Positions 9,659 to 19,953 of a DNA stretch of 64,000 nt are shown here, piece by piece. This DNA is from Promethearchaeati archaeon SRVP18_Atabeyarchaeia-1 (GTDB lineage Archaea; Asgardarchaeota; Atabeyarchaeia; Atabeyarchaeales; Atabeyarchaeaceae), in NCBI GenBank assembly GCA_037308085.1, contig CP147779.1:1280001-1344000 (forward strand), written 5' to 3'. Under the pieces are notes generated by a model. It was not told the DNA's origin, did no database searches, and was given only the letters and a program-made list of their open reading frames with translations. The position numbers and the translations under genes were made by a program. Within the stretch, counting starts at the first letter, position 1, and each line of letters opens with the position of its first letter.

Positions 9659-11080
9659 TTGGCTTATCTCATTGATGGAGGCCGAGATGGAGGTGCACCG
9701 ACAATTTCACTAATACTTAACAAGGAAGAACTGGTTTCGAAAGCTGACTCTGAGTATGGGAGAAGAATTCGCCGCTATATAATTGAGGCGCTAGAAGAAG
9801 CGCTTTCGTATGCTGGTTCCCGTGAGGTAATAAGGCAAAACGTTGCCCGCGTCGGTACAGGAAAGAGCATAATGATCGGCAAGGAGATCATAGGTCTCGG
9901 CGAAGTAGACAGGATATTCATAGTCGGCGCCGGCGTGCTGGCTGCCCCCATGGCCCTCGCCTTTGAAGACATTCTCGGAGACAAAGTCGCAGGAGGAATT
10001 CTCTCTGTTCCGTTTGACCCCAAAGACGTGCAAGGACTGAAGAAACTATACATACAAAAGGCCAACCCGCTAACCCCTGATGACAACGGAGTGAGGATTG
10101 CTCAAGATGCCATCAAATACGTGCAAGGTGCAACCGGAAGAGACGTAGTATTTGTCCTGCTCAGTAGTGGAGCGTCGACGATGATGTGCTTGCCAGTAGA
10201 AGGCATAAGAACGACTGAGCTGACAGTGCTCAGAAATATGCTGATTAAGCAAGGAGCAGAAGAGACAGAAATAGCCACCGTTCTGAATCACCTCTCTGCG
10301 ATATCTGGAGGGTGGCTGCCAGTCCACACGAAAGTCTCGAAGATCTACACTCTCGTAATATCTGATGCGCTCAGCAATGACCTTACCGTGATTGGCGGCG
10401 GACCGACACATCCTGATGATTCCACATTCGCGCAGACCGATAGGATCCTCAAGAAGTACAACATCTGGAATGATGCGCCTTCCAGCATAAAGAGTTATAT
10501 CAACAAAGGACTGGAAGGAACAGCGCCTGAGACTCCTAAGACAGGCGATAAACCCTTTCAAAGAGTGAGAAACTTCCTTCTCATGAACAACAGAATGTTC
10601 GCAGAGAAGCTTGTCGAGTGCATCGAGCGCAGAGGAATAAACCCCTACCTCATGTCTTCAACCATAAGGGAGAGATCGGCCCCAGTTGGCAACCTTGTAT
10701 CAATGATAGGAAGGGACATGAGGAAGACCTTCAAGAAACCCAGCGCTCTAGTTCTTTCTGGAAACATAGGGATAACGAGTGAGATACAAAACTATGAGTC
10801 AAACATATACACTGCATTCCACTCGCTGAAGAACCTCTCTGGAGTCAAAGGACTGGAGCTCCTTTCAATCGACACTAGGGGTCTGGACGGGATGACAGAT
10901 GCCGCTGGAGCCCTTGCCGATGGAAATACGCTCAACTTCAATCTGCTGAAGGGGCCCCAGGTCGAGTTTCTCTACGACCAAGTGGAGGCATACAAGTTCC
11001 TTAAGGAAGCCGGAAGCCTAGTTTACACGGGCTGGACAGGGACTGATGTCGGCGACGTGCTCATACTTTCAAACTACTAG
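9659..11080 (+). CDS. Glycerate 2-kinase (DUF4147/MOFRL family), divergent
   Basis: LLSSGASTMM, LSAISGGWL, ISD...IGGGPT, DTRGLDG.TDAAGA, TGWTGTDVGD; start uncertain. Confidence 0.8.
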   Translation: MAYLIDGGRDGGAPTISLILNKEELVSKADSEYGRRIRRYIIEALEEALSYAGSREVIRQNVARVGTGKSIMIGKEIIGLGEVDRIFIVGAGVLAAPMALAFEDILGDKVAGGILSVPFDPKDVQGLKKLYIQKANPLTPDDNGVRIAQDAIKYVQGATGRDVVFVLLSSGASTMMCLPVEGIRTTELTVLRNMLIKQGAEETEIATVLNHLSAISGGWLPVHTKVSKIYTLVISDALSNDLTVIGGGPTHPDDSTFAQTDRILKKYNIWNDAPSSIKSYINKGLEGTAPETPKTGDKPFQRVRNFLLMNNRMFAEKLVECIERRGINPYLMSSTIRERSAPVGNLVSMIGRDMRKTFKKPSALVLSGNIGITSEIQNYESNIYTAFHSLKNLSGVKGLELLSIDTRGLDGMTDAAGALADGNTLNFNLLKGPQVEFLYDQVEAYKFLKEAGSLVYTGWTGTDVGDVLILSNY

Positions 11081-11098
11081 GGATGCAGAAAGAGAATT

Positions 11099-13498
11099 TC
11101 AGGGGACATCCGATATCTGTTTGATGCCCTCGATGAGTAGCTTTACGACTCCTTCGTCCTTCTCTATTGTTAGTTCTTCGCCTTTTGCTGTATGATCGTA
11201 CTCGATCTCTTCTATTTTCTTCTTCCTTTCTGGAGGGATCGAACCTACCTTGCCATTTGTTCCTAAGTATCCCCAAGCCCTTACAACAATCTCGTCTTGA
11301 CCCTTATCGTACACTGCCACTATTTCACTCGTCAGATATTTTATCTCGCCAAGTCTTGTCCTGAAGTTGATGGGCCAAACCATTGCGCTTCTTTTTGCGA
11401 TATTGACGCCCTCAATCTTCATTGGCTTGGAGGGGCTAGTCGGATCGATATAGGTAATGTCTGTCTCAACATTCTTTTCTAGGAGGTTCGTTATGTATAG
11501 TAACGCTGACCCATCGGGTGATATTCTTTCAACAACGTTTATTCCGAGCTGGCTTGAACGTACTGTGGGCTCGATTTTCAGGTGTTCAAAGAATTTGAGG
11601 AGCGCGACCATACCTTGCTCGTCCTGCGGTCTGGGGAGGAACCCCAATGCAACGACTTGCCCGTTGCCTATTTTCCTTGAGTAACCACATACATCGTCAG
11701 TTCCCGGCACCCTCGCAATTGGAACAGCCTCGTCGCTTTCGGCCTTAAGGAGAGTCACTCTTGAAACGCTTATGTTTCCAGAATCGGCGAGCTCCACCGA
11801 TTCGGTCTCGATACTGTCGAGCGGTCTGATTCTCAGGGCATCCCAGAGGACCATACATGGTTCCATATTTCTGCCAAGATGTGGAATATTGGGCCCAATT
11901 AACACGGTTGCACCATTCGCCGCGAAGTTCAGCAGGGACTTCTGCAGGTGCTCATCAAGAAAATCGTAAAGTGGCACTACTATTAGCTTGTACTTGGATG
12001 CAACGCGGGCACCCGCATACTCCAAGTCGAAGAACTCGAAGTTGAACCCGATGCCCTGCAAAGCGTCCTCAAAAAGGCTCGCTCGGCTCTGCTCTGAACC
12101 AATGTTATAAGCCAGACCAGCCATTCTCGTGTTCACAGAAGCGCACCAGTAAGCATACGGATGGTAGTAGGCGAAACCCACCTCTGCTACTTTCTCGGAT
12201 TCGATAATCGTTTCTTCGTTTGCATGGGTGAAATTCAGGAAGAGATCCATTATGGGTAGACGCCGACCGTCAGCTCCATCCTCTTGAATAGCGCAGTCAT
12301 AATCGTAGCTTTCGCCCGTTGTTCCCCATCCTCTGGGGTTGGTTCCTCCTGCCCACATGTAGTAAGACAGACCCTTTAGCCCGTGACCGAAGGCAAGCCT
12401 CTGATGTAGATGTGTCGTATTCAGAGGGATTTTAGTGTTGTACCAGCCGCCCTGAAACTCGAAGCAGATAGGGCATTTGTCAGGTGCCTGGGCTTTCAGT
12501 ATCTCGATAGGCTCCACAACTTTCGATGTCGCATCGTGGATGTCCTTTATGAAATGAGGATACATATCGATCCCGTCGAACAAGTGGCGAGACTTCTTTG
12601 CAATACTCATGACCATTCCATAGTTCATAACCTCGTTCGCATACACGGGAACCTTGATGCCACGTTCCCGAAACATGTCTACAAGTCTTTGGAGAAAATC
12701 GGTGATGACATCTTCCTTGAAGGCAGTCCAGTCGAAGACGGCTAACAGGGCATCTCTACTCTTAGGCTGTACTCGCGGGGCATCCACTTGACCAAAATCG
12801 CGGTATTGGGTACCGTAATACTTGTTCAGAGCCGAAATCTCTCTATACTTCCTTCTCAGCCAATTATGATAGATGCCCTCTACCCGTTTCTCCTTTGAGC
12901 CGATGTTAACAGGATTATAGTCTGCATCAAAAGGTGTAGGATGGAAACCGTAGCACGTCTCATTATCAGCTTGAACCAAGAGTAGCCGGTTGGGATACTT
13001 CATGTCAAACTTGTCTAGAAGCGGTATGATCTGGTCAATCCATTTTCCAACATACTGCAAGTAAGTGGGGTGGAGGTACGAGACCACGGGGGCATGTGGC
13101 TCAAGCCTGTATGTGACACGTCCAGCCGAATCCAAGCTTAGTATTTCGGGGTGCTTGTCCAGTAGCCATTGTGGGAGGCCACCGTTGACCCATTCGGCGC
13201 AGACCCAAGGACCTGGTCTGGCGAGGAGCATAAGGCCGGACTCACCGACAAGATCCAAGTAGCTTTCAACGTCTCTTTTGGGGTGGCTCTTGCCGCTGAA
13301 GTCGAATTCACCTTCCTCGGTTTCGTGCCAGTTCCACATGAAGTAAGTGCTAACTGCATTCAACCCAGCCTTCTTCATCCGTGTCAGTCTATCTGCCCAT
13401 TGATCCTTGGCCACACGTGTGTAGTGAAGCTCACCAGACCTGAGCATAAGCTTCTTTCCGCCAGCAACGATGCAATTATTGGTTATGTCGACTTTCAA
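11099..13498 (-). CDS. GH35/GH42 glycosidase (beta-galactosidase or exo-beta-D-glucosaminidase-like)
   Basis: SGELHYTR, TYFMWNWHE, ARPGPWVCAEW.NGGLPQWL, QADNE, EFQGGW, YYMWAGGTN, SYDYD. Confidence 0.9.
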   Translation of the reverse strand: MKVDITNNCIVAGGKKLMLRSGELHYTRVAKDQWADRLTRMKKAGLNAVSTYFMWNWHETEEGEFDFSGKSHPKRDVESYLDLVGESGLMLLARPGPWVCAEWVNGGLPQWLLDKHPEILSLDSAGRVTYRLEPHAPVVSYLHPTYLQYVGKWIDQIIPLLDKFDMKYPNRLLLVQADNETCYGFHPTPFDADYNPVNIGSKEKRVEGIYHNWLRRKYREISALNKYYGTQYRDFGQVDAPRVQPKSRDALLAVFDWTAFKEDVITDFLQRLVDMFRERGIKVPVYANEVMNYGMVMSIAKKSRHLFDGIDMYPHFIKDIHDATSKVVEPIEILKAQAPDKCPICFEFQGGWYNTKIPLNTTHLHQRLAFGHGLKGLSYYMWAGGTNPRGWGTTGESYDYDCAIQEDGADGRRLPIMDLFLNFTHANEETIIESEKVAEVGFAYYHPYAYWCASVNTRMAGLAYNIGSEQSRASLFEDALQGIGFNFEFFDLEYAGARVASKYKLIVVPLYDFLDEHLQKSLLNFAANGATVLIGPNIPHLGRNMEPCMVLWDALRIRPLDSIETESVELADSGNISVSRVTLLKAESDEAVPIARVPGTDDVCGYSRKIGNGQVVALGFLPRPQDEQGMVALLKFFEHLKIEPTVRSSQLGINVVERISPDGSALLYITNLLEKNVETDITYIDPTSPSKPMKIEGVNIAKRSAMVWPINFRTRLGEIKYLTSEIVAVYDKGQDEIVVRAWGYLGTNGKVGSIPPERKKKIEEIEYDHTAKGEELTIEKDEGVVKLLIEGIKQISDVP

Positions 13499-13728
13499 GA
13501 AAGAGCTCCCCTATGGGAATGCATGACCATTCGTTGCCGAACAGTGCTTTATATCTAACTCCTGCTAACAATAGGAACTCACTTTTTATAAATATATCAT
13601 CTTTTCGGCACACCTGCGATAATCTTGATGCGAACTAGGCAACAAACGATCGGTGGGGTGATACTCTTTCTGGTCAAAGCTTCATCCAAGAAGCCAAACG
13701 GAGGCAAAGTAAGTCAAGTCCGAGCCAA

Positions 13729-14646
13729 TCATATTTGGAGATTCTTCTTCTTTCTATAGTACCTCAGGTACCCCTTTATTGAGTTATTTCTATGTTCACG
13801 CTTGAAAGCGGTTGGCAAGACCTTGGTTCTAATCTCAAGCAGTGTGGAAAGTCTCTCCAGCTTTTCTTGTTCAGATCCTGGGCTTCCACTGAAAGTCTCC
13901 AGTATTCTCTCCCCCCAGAATTCAAGTTGGCGCTTTGCTTCACTCAAGATTCTCTGAACTTGTGTAACGGCGCCAAAATGAGAGAAAAGAAGTCTTCTTG
14001 GATCCAGCCTCGCCAGTTTATCTATCGTGTCGATTGCCAAATAGAGGTCAAAGTCTGGGGGAGGGGTCGTTGGAGTAACCTCACCCACATCTTCGAAGTA
14101 CAGTCCCGCGGCGTCACCTGTGAACAGAGATCTAGTCAGTTCGTCAAATATGCAGATCTCATGCGACGCGTGCCCTGGGGCGTATATGATCTTAAGCTTC
14201 CTGCCGCTTCTCAACTCTATCTCATCGCCATCGTTAACAGGTCGAACCTTGTTCTTCTTCACAGGCTTGAATTCCCCATAAAGCGAAAGAGATTCTCCGA
14301 AGACTCTTCTCGCGCTCTCAGTCAGTCTTGAAGGATCGATGATGTGCATGGCGCCGCGTTCATGAACCGCAACAACGGCGTTAGGCATACTATCAACCAC
14401 GTCTCCGACCCCCCCAGCATGATCAAAATGAATATGTGTCACAATTACGTGTGTAAAAGAACCCAGATCTGACCATTTTCGTTTGATTCCGTCAAGCAAA
14501 GCAAGCGACGATGTGCTCGGACCCGTTTCAATGAGCACGTTCTCGCCCATGGAAGATATGACGTAGCTCGAGCAATACCCTTTTATGCCCAATGCGTTGC
14601 TGTCGATTAAGTGCACGTCCCCACCGAGGCTTACTATTGACGCCAT
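13729..14646 (-). CDS. MBL-fold metallo-hydrolase
   Basis: THIHFDHAGG, PGHA.H, FTGDAAG, FSHFG. Confidence 0.9.
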   Translation of the reverse strand: MASIVSLGGDVHLIDSNALGIKGYCSSYVISSMGENVLIETGPSTSSLALLDGIKRKWSDLGSFTHVIVTHIHFDHAGGVGDVVDSMPNAVVAVHERGAMHIIDPSRLTESARRVFGESLSLYGEFKPVKKNKVRPVNDGDEIELRSGRKLKIIYAPGHASHEICIFDELTRSLFTGDAAGLYFEDVGEVTPTTPPPDFDLYLAIDTIDKLARLDPRRLLFSHFGAVTQVQRILSEAKRQLEFWGERILETFSGSPGSEQEKLERLSTLLEIRTKVLPTAFKREHRNNSIKGYLRYYRKKKNLQI

Positions 14647-14767
14647 CCCGAAAGTGAGCCCCCTTTATGCGCCGCTTGAACTGCGGGAAATAGTGAGTTC
14701 TTAGCGCTATGGACCCATGACACCATAAATCTTGCGATAGAGGCTCGCATAATTGATGTGGTATTCC

Positions 14768-15262
14768 ATGCGTGCAATCAGACTAGTGGTTTTTGACGCA
14801 GATGACGTAATCTTCAGTAGCTCATCTGACTGCTACCTAGGCCAGGCCGTGCTACCAGTGAGAAGGACTGATAGTGACACCGTGGAAGATGCAGCTGGTC
14901 ATAGAATAAGACTCGACAGCGAAGCCAGGTTCGTTCTGCAGGAACTTCGGAATCGAGGAATTCATGTTTCACTGAACAGTGTCAATAAGCCACGCGAGGC
15001 TAACGCAATAATCCACATTCTGGAACTCGATAGAATCTTCGAGTACCCCAAGATCAACTTTAGTGACAAAGGTGCCAATATGCTGGAGATCTTGGGGGAC
15101 TTCAACAAGAGCAACGTAGCGATACACCCCGACGACGTAATGTTCATCGATGATGTGGCGGAATTCTGCATTGACGTAAAGAGAGCCCTCGGAGGTAAAG
15201 GTCTAGTTCTGCAGATGAACAAAGACATATCTCACTTGTCAGAGCTGTTGCGCTTCTTGTAG
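14768..15262 (+). CDS. Magnesium-dependent phosphatase 1-like (HAD IIIC)
   Basis: LVVFDADDVI, SVN, K, MFIDD. Confidence 0.8.
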   Translation: MRAIRLVVFDADDVIFSSSSDCYLGQAVLPVRRTDSDTVEDAAGHRIRLDSEARFVLQELRNRGIHVSLNSVNKPREANAIIHILELDRIFEYPKINFSDKGANMLEILGDFNKSNVAIHPDDVMFIDDVAEFCIDVKRALGGKGLVLQMNKDISHLSELLRFL

Positions 15263-15355
15263 GAAGATTTATGCTCTTCGCTTATGTCCACTTCAATATG
15301 GAAAAAACCCCTCCTTTCCGTGATTCTTCGGAAGGGAATCGCTACTCGGTCGTAT

Positions 15356-15628
15356 CTACTTCACTTTCGACTTGAGCTCGGCGCCAGGTTTGAATGCTGG
15401 AACCTTCTTGGCCGGTATGTTGATCTTCTCTTTAGTCTTGGGATTGATGCCGACTCTGGCGCTTCTCTTCTTCACAACAAAGGTGCCGAATCCCACTATG
15501 GAAACCTTGTCACCTCTTGCGAGCGCTCCAGCGATGCCATCAAAGAGACCGTCAACAGCTCTTGCGGCACTAGCTTTGGTCACTTCAGCATGCTTGGCAA
15601 CTAAATCGATCATATCACCCTTATTCAC
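15356..15628 (-). CDS. hup: Bacterial-type HU DNA-binding protein
   Basis: MNKGDMI..GDKVSIVGFGTF...RSARVGINPKT...PAFKPG. Confidence 0.95.
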   Translation of the reverse strand: MNKGDMIDLVAKHAEVTKASAARAVDGLFDGIAGALARGDKVSIVGFGTFVVKKRSARVGINPKTKEKINIPAKKVPAFKPGAELKSKVK

Positions 15629-15861
15629 TTGGCTTTTTCACCCCCATTCTCAAGCTCCATCCCTTTTCTAATGAGCCCACCAGTATTTTAATGTTGCGAG
15701 CATTTTTGATAATTTCCTCTAAAAGATTTGTTAAGAACCAACATTAATCGACAACTGACGAATCAAGAAATAAGGCTCCAAAAATGAGAAAGTAAGTGGG
15801 TTCCAGCCAATCTAGTCGGGGCCTCTCTCGGAGTCTGAGGGTACTTCTGACTTTTCCTGTA

Positions 15862-16797
15862 TCAAAGTATCTCTTTGATCTTCTTGGCAACTGCTCCGGC
15901 GACGCTAACAACCTCGATTCCCTTAGCAGAATTGTCTATGGTGTCCGTAGTCGCAATGAAGATAGGTGAGGTCTTTCTCATCAATTCAACGGCACCTGGG
16001 CTGTGTACAGGATGAACATATGCAAAGGCGACTTTCTTTGCCCCTTTCTCCTTCTTGAGCATGTTTGCTGCCTGAGCTATTGTCTTTCCAGTACTCACTA
16101 TGTCATCGACGATCAGGATGTTTCTCCCCCTCACATCAACCTCATTGACTAGTTTCTGCTTGATCTCGCCAGTGTTGACGTTCCGCTCCTTCTCCAAAGC
16201 TGATGCTGTGTCTGAACCGATTATGCTGGCCATCTCAGTAGCCCAACCGATTCCCTCTCCATCTGGAGCAAACACCACAAACTCTTCTGGAGACTGAGCT
16301 TTGTTCTTGACGAACTCGGCAAGGGGAGCCACTCCGGAGATGTCATAAGCCTTAATGTTCGGAAACCACTTGTCTATCCCCGTTATACGGTGAACGTGCG
16401 AGGTTATTGTTATGAAGTCTGTTGCTCCGGCATCCTCAAAGATTTTCGCGACGATGCCACATGAGACAGGTTCACCTATTCTGAACTCGTTGTCTTGCCT
16501 GGCATAGGCGAAGTAAGGAAATACCTCGATCAGCCTGTCTGCCCCATATCTCTTCAGCGTTGAGAGCGTCAGAAAACTCCTCAGAACGTAATTGTTGACG
16601 GGCTCCTCTCCACCTTTCTGGAAAACTGCAACGACGCTTTTACTCTTGATGTCGTCGACTGATTCCACAAGTATTCGCGGCGCGATCTCCCCGTCTGGAA
16701 AAACGCGGTTGTCAACCTTGATAAACCTGCAATTCAATTCACTCGCTATCTTGGAGCCAAGAATGGCATCGCCGACAACAATGCATGATTCACTCAT
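15862..16797 (-). CDS. prs: Ribose-phosphate pyrophosphokinase
   Basis: FPDGEI, PYFAYARQD, APDGEG, LIVDDIVSTGKT, TDTI. Confidence 0.93.
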   Translation of the reverse strand: MSESCIVVGDAILGSKIASELNCRFIKVDNRVFPDGEIAPRILVESVDDIKSKSVVAVFQKGGEEPVNNYVLRSFLTLSTLKRYGADRLIEVFPYFAYARQDNEFRIGEPVSCGIVAKIFEDAGATDFITITSHVHRITGIDKWFPNIKAYDISGVAPLAEFVKNKAQSPEEFVVFAPDGEGIGWATEMASIIGSDTASALEKERNVNTGEIKQKLVNEVDVRGRNILIVDDIVSTGKTIAQAANMLKKEKGAKKVAFAYVHPVHSPGAVELMRKTSPIFIATTDTIDNSAKGIEVVSVAGAVAKKIKEIL

Positions 16798-16906
16798 CGC
16801 GAACGCCTCTTTGAGGTTAAATCTGCAGCGCCCTCACCGACGACTGTTGCCCCTTCTTTCACAATACGATTCTGGAGACTGGCCAAAGTTGTGCGCAGTA
16901 AATCAA

Positions 16907-17542
16907 CTACTTGGGAATAGCCTCTTTTCCTGTTCCGAGCCTCGTAGCCATCATGAGTACCCATATGTACACGGTTATGGCTGAGATAGTCTCCGGAATA
17001 GCTGCGTGTGCCCAGGACATCAGCAACCATGGGCTTGCGGCAACGACGCCAAGCAGGAGCGTTGCTACTCCAAACCATCTGGTTGCTCTGTTAGCTACCA
17101 TCGCTCCACCCAAGACCAAAAGAGCGAGTGCCATCGAAGCAAAGAGCATCACTGAGAACAGGAAATGCCACGGTGAAAAGGTTTCATTAAACAAACCTAC
17201 GCATATGAGCGCCACGGCTGCAACAAGAAGTATGCCAGTTCCAACAAGCGCTCCTATGCTTTTCCTGACGCTCCTTCCAAGTCCGAGTATGGAAAAGAAA
17301 GTTATCACTCCACCGACAATGAGGCCACTATTGAAGATCAGCGCTGATGTTGGATGCAGTACGGGATGTCCGAGATCGCTCAATGCATTTCCAGTCCAAG
17401 TAAACCAATTGCTCGATGGCGAGGAGCCACCGCTGGAGACGAGGATTGCGATCATTATGGACATAAAAGCATAGAATGGGCCTACTACCCCACAGAATGC
17501 GGCTGTGTTCGGTTCTGTCAAGCGCTTCAGAATGGTAGCCAT
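16907..17542 (-). CDS. DUF998-family membrane protein
   Basis: WFTWTGNALSDLG, FNSGLI, VGLFNE...H, AIPE; multiple TM segments. Confidence 0.8.
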   Translation of the reverse strand: MATILKRLTEPNTAAFCGVVGPFYAFMSIMIAILVSSGGSSPSSNWFTWTGNALSDLGHPVLHPTSALIFNSGLIVGGVITFFSILGLGRSVRKSIGALVGTGILLVAAVALICVGLFNETFSPWHFLFSVMLFASMALALLVLGGAMVANRATRWFGVATLLLGVVAASPWLLMSWAHAAIPETISAITVYIWVLMMATRLGTGKEAIPK

Positions 17543-17595
17543 TTTTGATTAACGCCTCTTGTATTTCCTAGTTGAGCTAGAAGAATGACTGTTAC

Positions 17596-18831
17596 CTATA
17601 TTCTTACCTTCTTTGGAACTGGTATCTTATTAAGCTTGACATACTCGGGGAGAGGATCCCCAACTAGTGGGATGGCATATCTGTGGAATTCCTCTGTCAT
17701 TCCGTTTCCTTCATTATTGATGAATCCTCTCGGCAACGATTTTGTGGAATTTGCAACCTTCTCAAGCTCGACCAGACCAGTCGTACACCTATAGGAGCTG
17801 CTTGGTTCCCTCACTAAGGTAATCATTCTGTCGGTTTCTCCCTTTACCGCCTGTTTGACGGCGACCTGTCCAACCAAATAGGCCTCCTTGAGATCCACCT
17901 TTGAGGCTAAGGCCATTGAGACCCGTTGGATTGTACCGGGTCTGTCAAATCTTGCCTTCAGGTTCAATCTGCTGGCAACAAGCTGGCATAGATAGTCTGC
18001 TACGCCTCCCAGTTGCCTGTGACCGAATGCATCCGTATCGATCGATCTCTTGGACGCGACGACAGGTTCCCCGCTTTCATCCCTGAGCCCTTCGCAAGCG
18101 GTAACCACGCAAAATCCAAGTCGACTGCAAGCGCTTCTAATGTCCTCAATGAACTTCTCGTCATTGAACGGAATCTCAGGCACGTAGGTGAGATGAGGCG
18201 GGTCATCCTCAGAGCGCTTCCCAAGAGTTGTGGCAGCAGCAATCCAACCGGTGTCCCGCCCCATGACCTCAATTATCTTCACTTTGTCAACTATTCCAAT
18301 GGCGGCTGCGTCGAGACCCGCTTCGATTGTCGATGTGGCTACCCATCTGGCGACACTGCCATAGCCTGGAGAGTGATCTGTAGCCTTCAGATCATTATCT
18401 ACGGTTTTGGGGACTCCGATCACCCGTAATTCGTACCCTTCCTTTTGGGATATCTGAGATATTCTGTGACTGGTATCCATCGAGTCATTGCCACCAATGT
18501 AGAAAAAGTAGCGGATATCGTGGGCCCTCAGAGTGTTCAGGATCCTCGCATAGTCTTCAGGGTCGAGTTTGTGTCTACATGAGCCGAGGGCAGATGAAGG
18601 AGTAGACGTGAGTCCCCTGATAGTTGATTCACTCTCCTTCCTCAGGTCCACAAGATCCTCGTTAAGAACTCCCTCTATTCCATACAACATGCCATATATT
18701 TCACTGATATGAGAATACTTCTTGGCTTCCTCGACAACACCTGCCAGGCTACTGTTGATCACAGCCGTGGGACCGCCTGACTGACCTACAACAAGGTTCC
18801 CTTTGAGCTTGTCGGCCATAGTTGTGCTCAA
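17596..18831 (-). CDS. pfkA: PfkA-family phosphofructokinase with PPi-type signature
   Basis: GQSGGPTAVIN, GGNDS and PKTVDND (Asp/Lys signature), EVMGR. Confidence 0.9.
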   Translation of the reverse strand: MSTTMADKLKGNLVVGQSGGPTAVINSSLAGVVEEAKKYSHISEIYGMLYGIEGVLNEDLVDLRKESESTIRGLTSTPSSALGSCRHKLDPEDYARILNTLRAHDIRYFFYIGGNDSMDTSHRISQISQKEGYELRVIGVPKTVDNDLKATDHSPGYGSVARWVATSTIEAGLDAAAIGIVDKVKIIEVMGRDTGWIAAATTLGKRSEDDPPHLTYVPEIPFNDEKFIEDIRSACSRLGFCVVTACEGLRDESGEPVVASKRSIDTDAFGHRQLGGVADYLCQLVASRLNLKARFDRPGTIQRVSMALASKVDLKEAYLVGQVAVKQAVKGETDRMITLVREPSSSYRCTTGLVELEKVANSTKSLPRGFINNEGNGMTEEFHRYAIPLVGDPLPEYVKLNKIPVPKKVRI

Positions 18832-18872
18832 CCACTCTCAACATATCCATAGGACTGATTGAGGCGATTAGT

Positions 18873-19913
18873 CTAGATCAGCCCATTGAGCAGATCCATG
18901 TTCTTGCCACGGTTAATCATGATGTACTCAACAGCCTCTTCAACGCCAAGACCCTTATGAACAATAGCGTTCACCGCTGAGGAAACTGCGAGTGGATCAT
19001 CCTTGCCAGGAAAGGTGACATTTCTCCCGACGAGTGCGCCTCGGACGTTCTTCCCTGCCTTCATACCTTCTACAAACTGTCTCAAGATATCTGTAGGATC
19101 TCCAGTTGCCTCGCCACCGAGCAGGAGAATTGGGCATGTCGTCGCCCTAGCAACTCTGTCAAAGTCGTCCGAATATGGTATCTTGAGCCAAGTGTTCAAT
19201 GAGGAGCACCCCAGACCAGATCCAACTCCAATGACTTGAACCAGAGGCTCAGCAGACTTAAGTGTCTTGTATTTCCCGCCTTCCTTCTTTACGGGCAGTG
19301 CCTCGACGAAAACTGGTATTCCAGATTTGTTAAGTTGGTTCATTACCTCCGCACAGTAGCCTAATGTGGCGCCACTTTCCTTCTCAGCTGTTTCTAGGCT
19401 GAACATTATCTTTGCTGCGTCGAGCCTCATCTCTCTGATGCTTTCAGCAGTGTAGGCAGTCATCCGATCATCCATCTCAAACGAGGTACCTGCCAACCCT
19501 CCTCGGTTCATGCACCCGAGGATTACCTTGTCGTCTAGGAAGCTTTTCCCACCGGCTTCCTTGATTAAGTGATTGATAATGAAGAGTTCCTCCACGATGT
19601 CCGGTGTACTCATCACTCCGTCAAACTCTTCATCTGTTATGACGCGGAGTATTCTGCCAAGCAGTTCGTATCTGTCTCCCATCGCGATGGGATTATCACC
19701 AACTGCGGTGACCATCCTTGCAGGGTGATCGGCAGCTAGGATCGTTAGCTTCCCGTCCTTTGTTATTCTACTTCTTCTCGTCCTGTTCTTCGCCTCCTCG
19801 AGCACTATCTGGCTTCTTTCAACCCTAGCATTCGTTATCTCGTCAAACAGAACCTTTGGGAAGAATTCCTCAACCTTGAAAACATAGCTGCCAATCGAAT
19901 AAGTTACAGGCAT
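18873..19913 (-). CDS. Cgl0159-like class I aldolase-type TIM barrel
   Basis: LAADHPAR, MNRGGLAG..FEMDDR.T, TWLKIP, LLLGGE, RGALVGRN. Confidence 0.75.
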   Translation of the reverse strand: MPVTYSIGSYVFKVEEFFPKVLFDEITNARVERSQIVLEEAKNRTRRSRITKDGKLTILAADHPARMVTAVGDNPIAMGDRYELLGRILRVITDEEFDGVMSTPDIVEELFIINHLIKEAGGKSFLDDKVILGCMNRGGLAGTSFEMDDRMTAYTAESIREMRLDAAKIMFSLETAEKESGATLGYCAEVMNQLNKSGIPVFVEALPVKKEGGKYKTLKSAEPLVQVIGVGSGLGCSSLNTWLKIPYSDDFDRVARATTCPILLLGGEATGDPTDILRQFVEGMKAGKNVRGALVGRNVTFPGKDDPLAVSSAVNAIVHKGLGVEEAVEYIMINRGKNMDLLNGLI

Positions 19914-19953
19914 CGATCCCACCTCCAATAGCCTCTAACCAAGTCAGAAGTTA

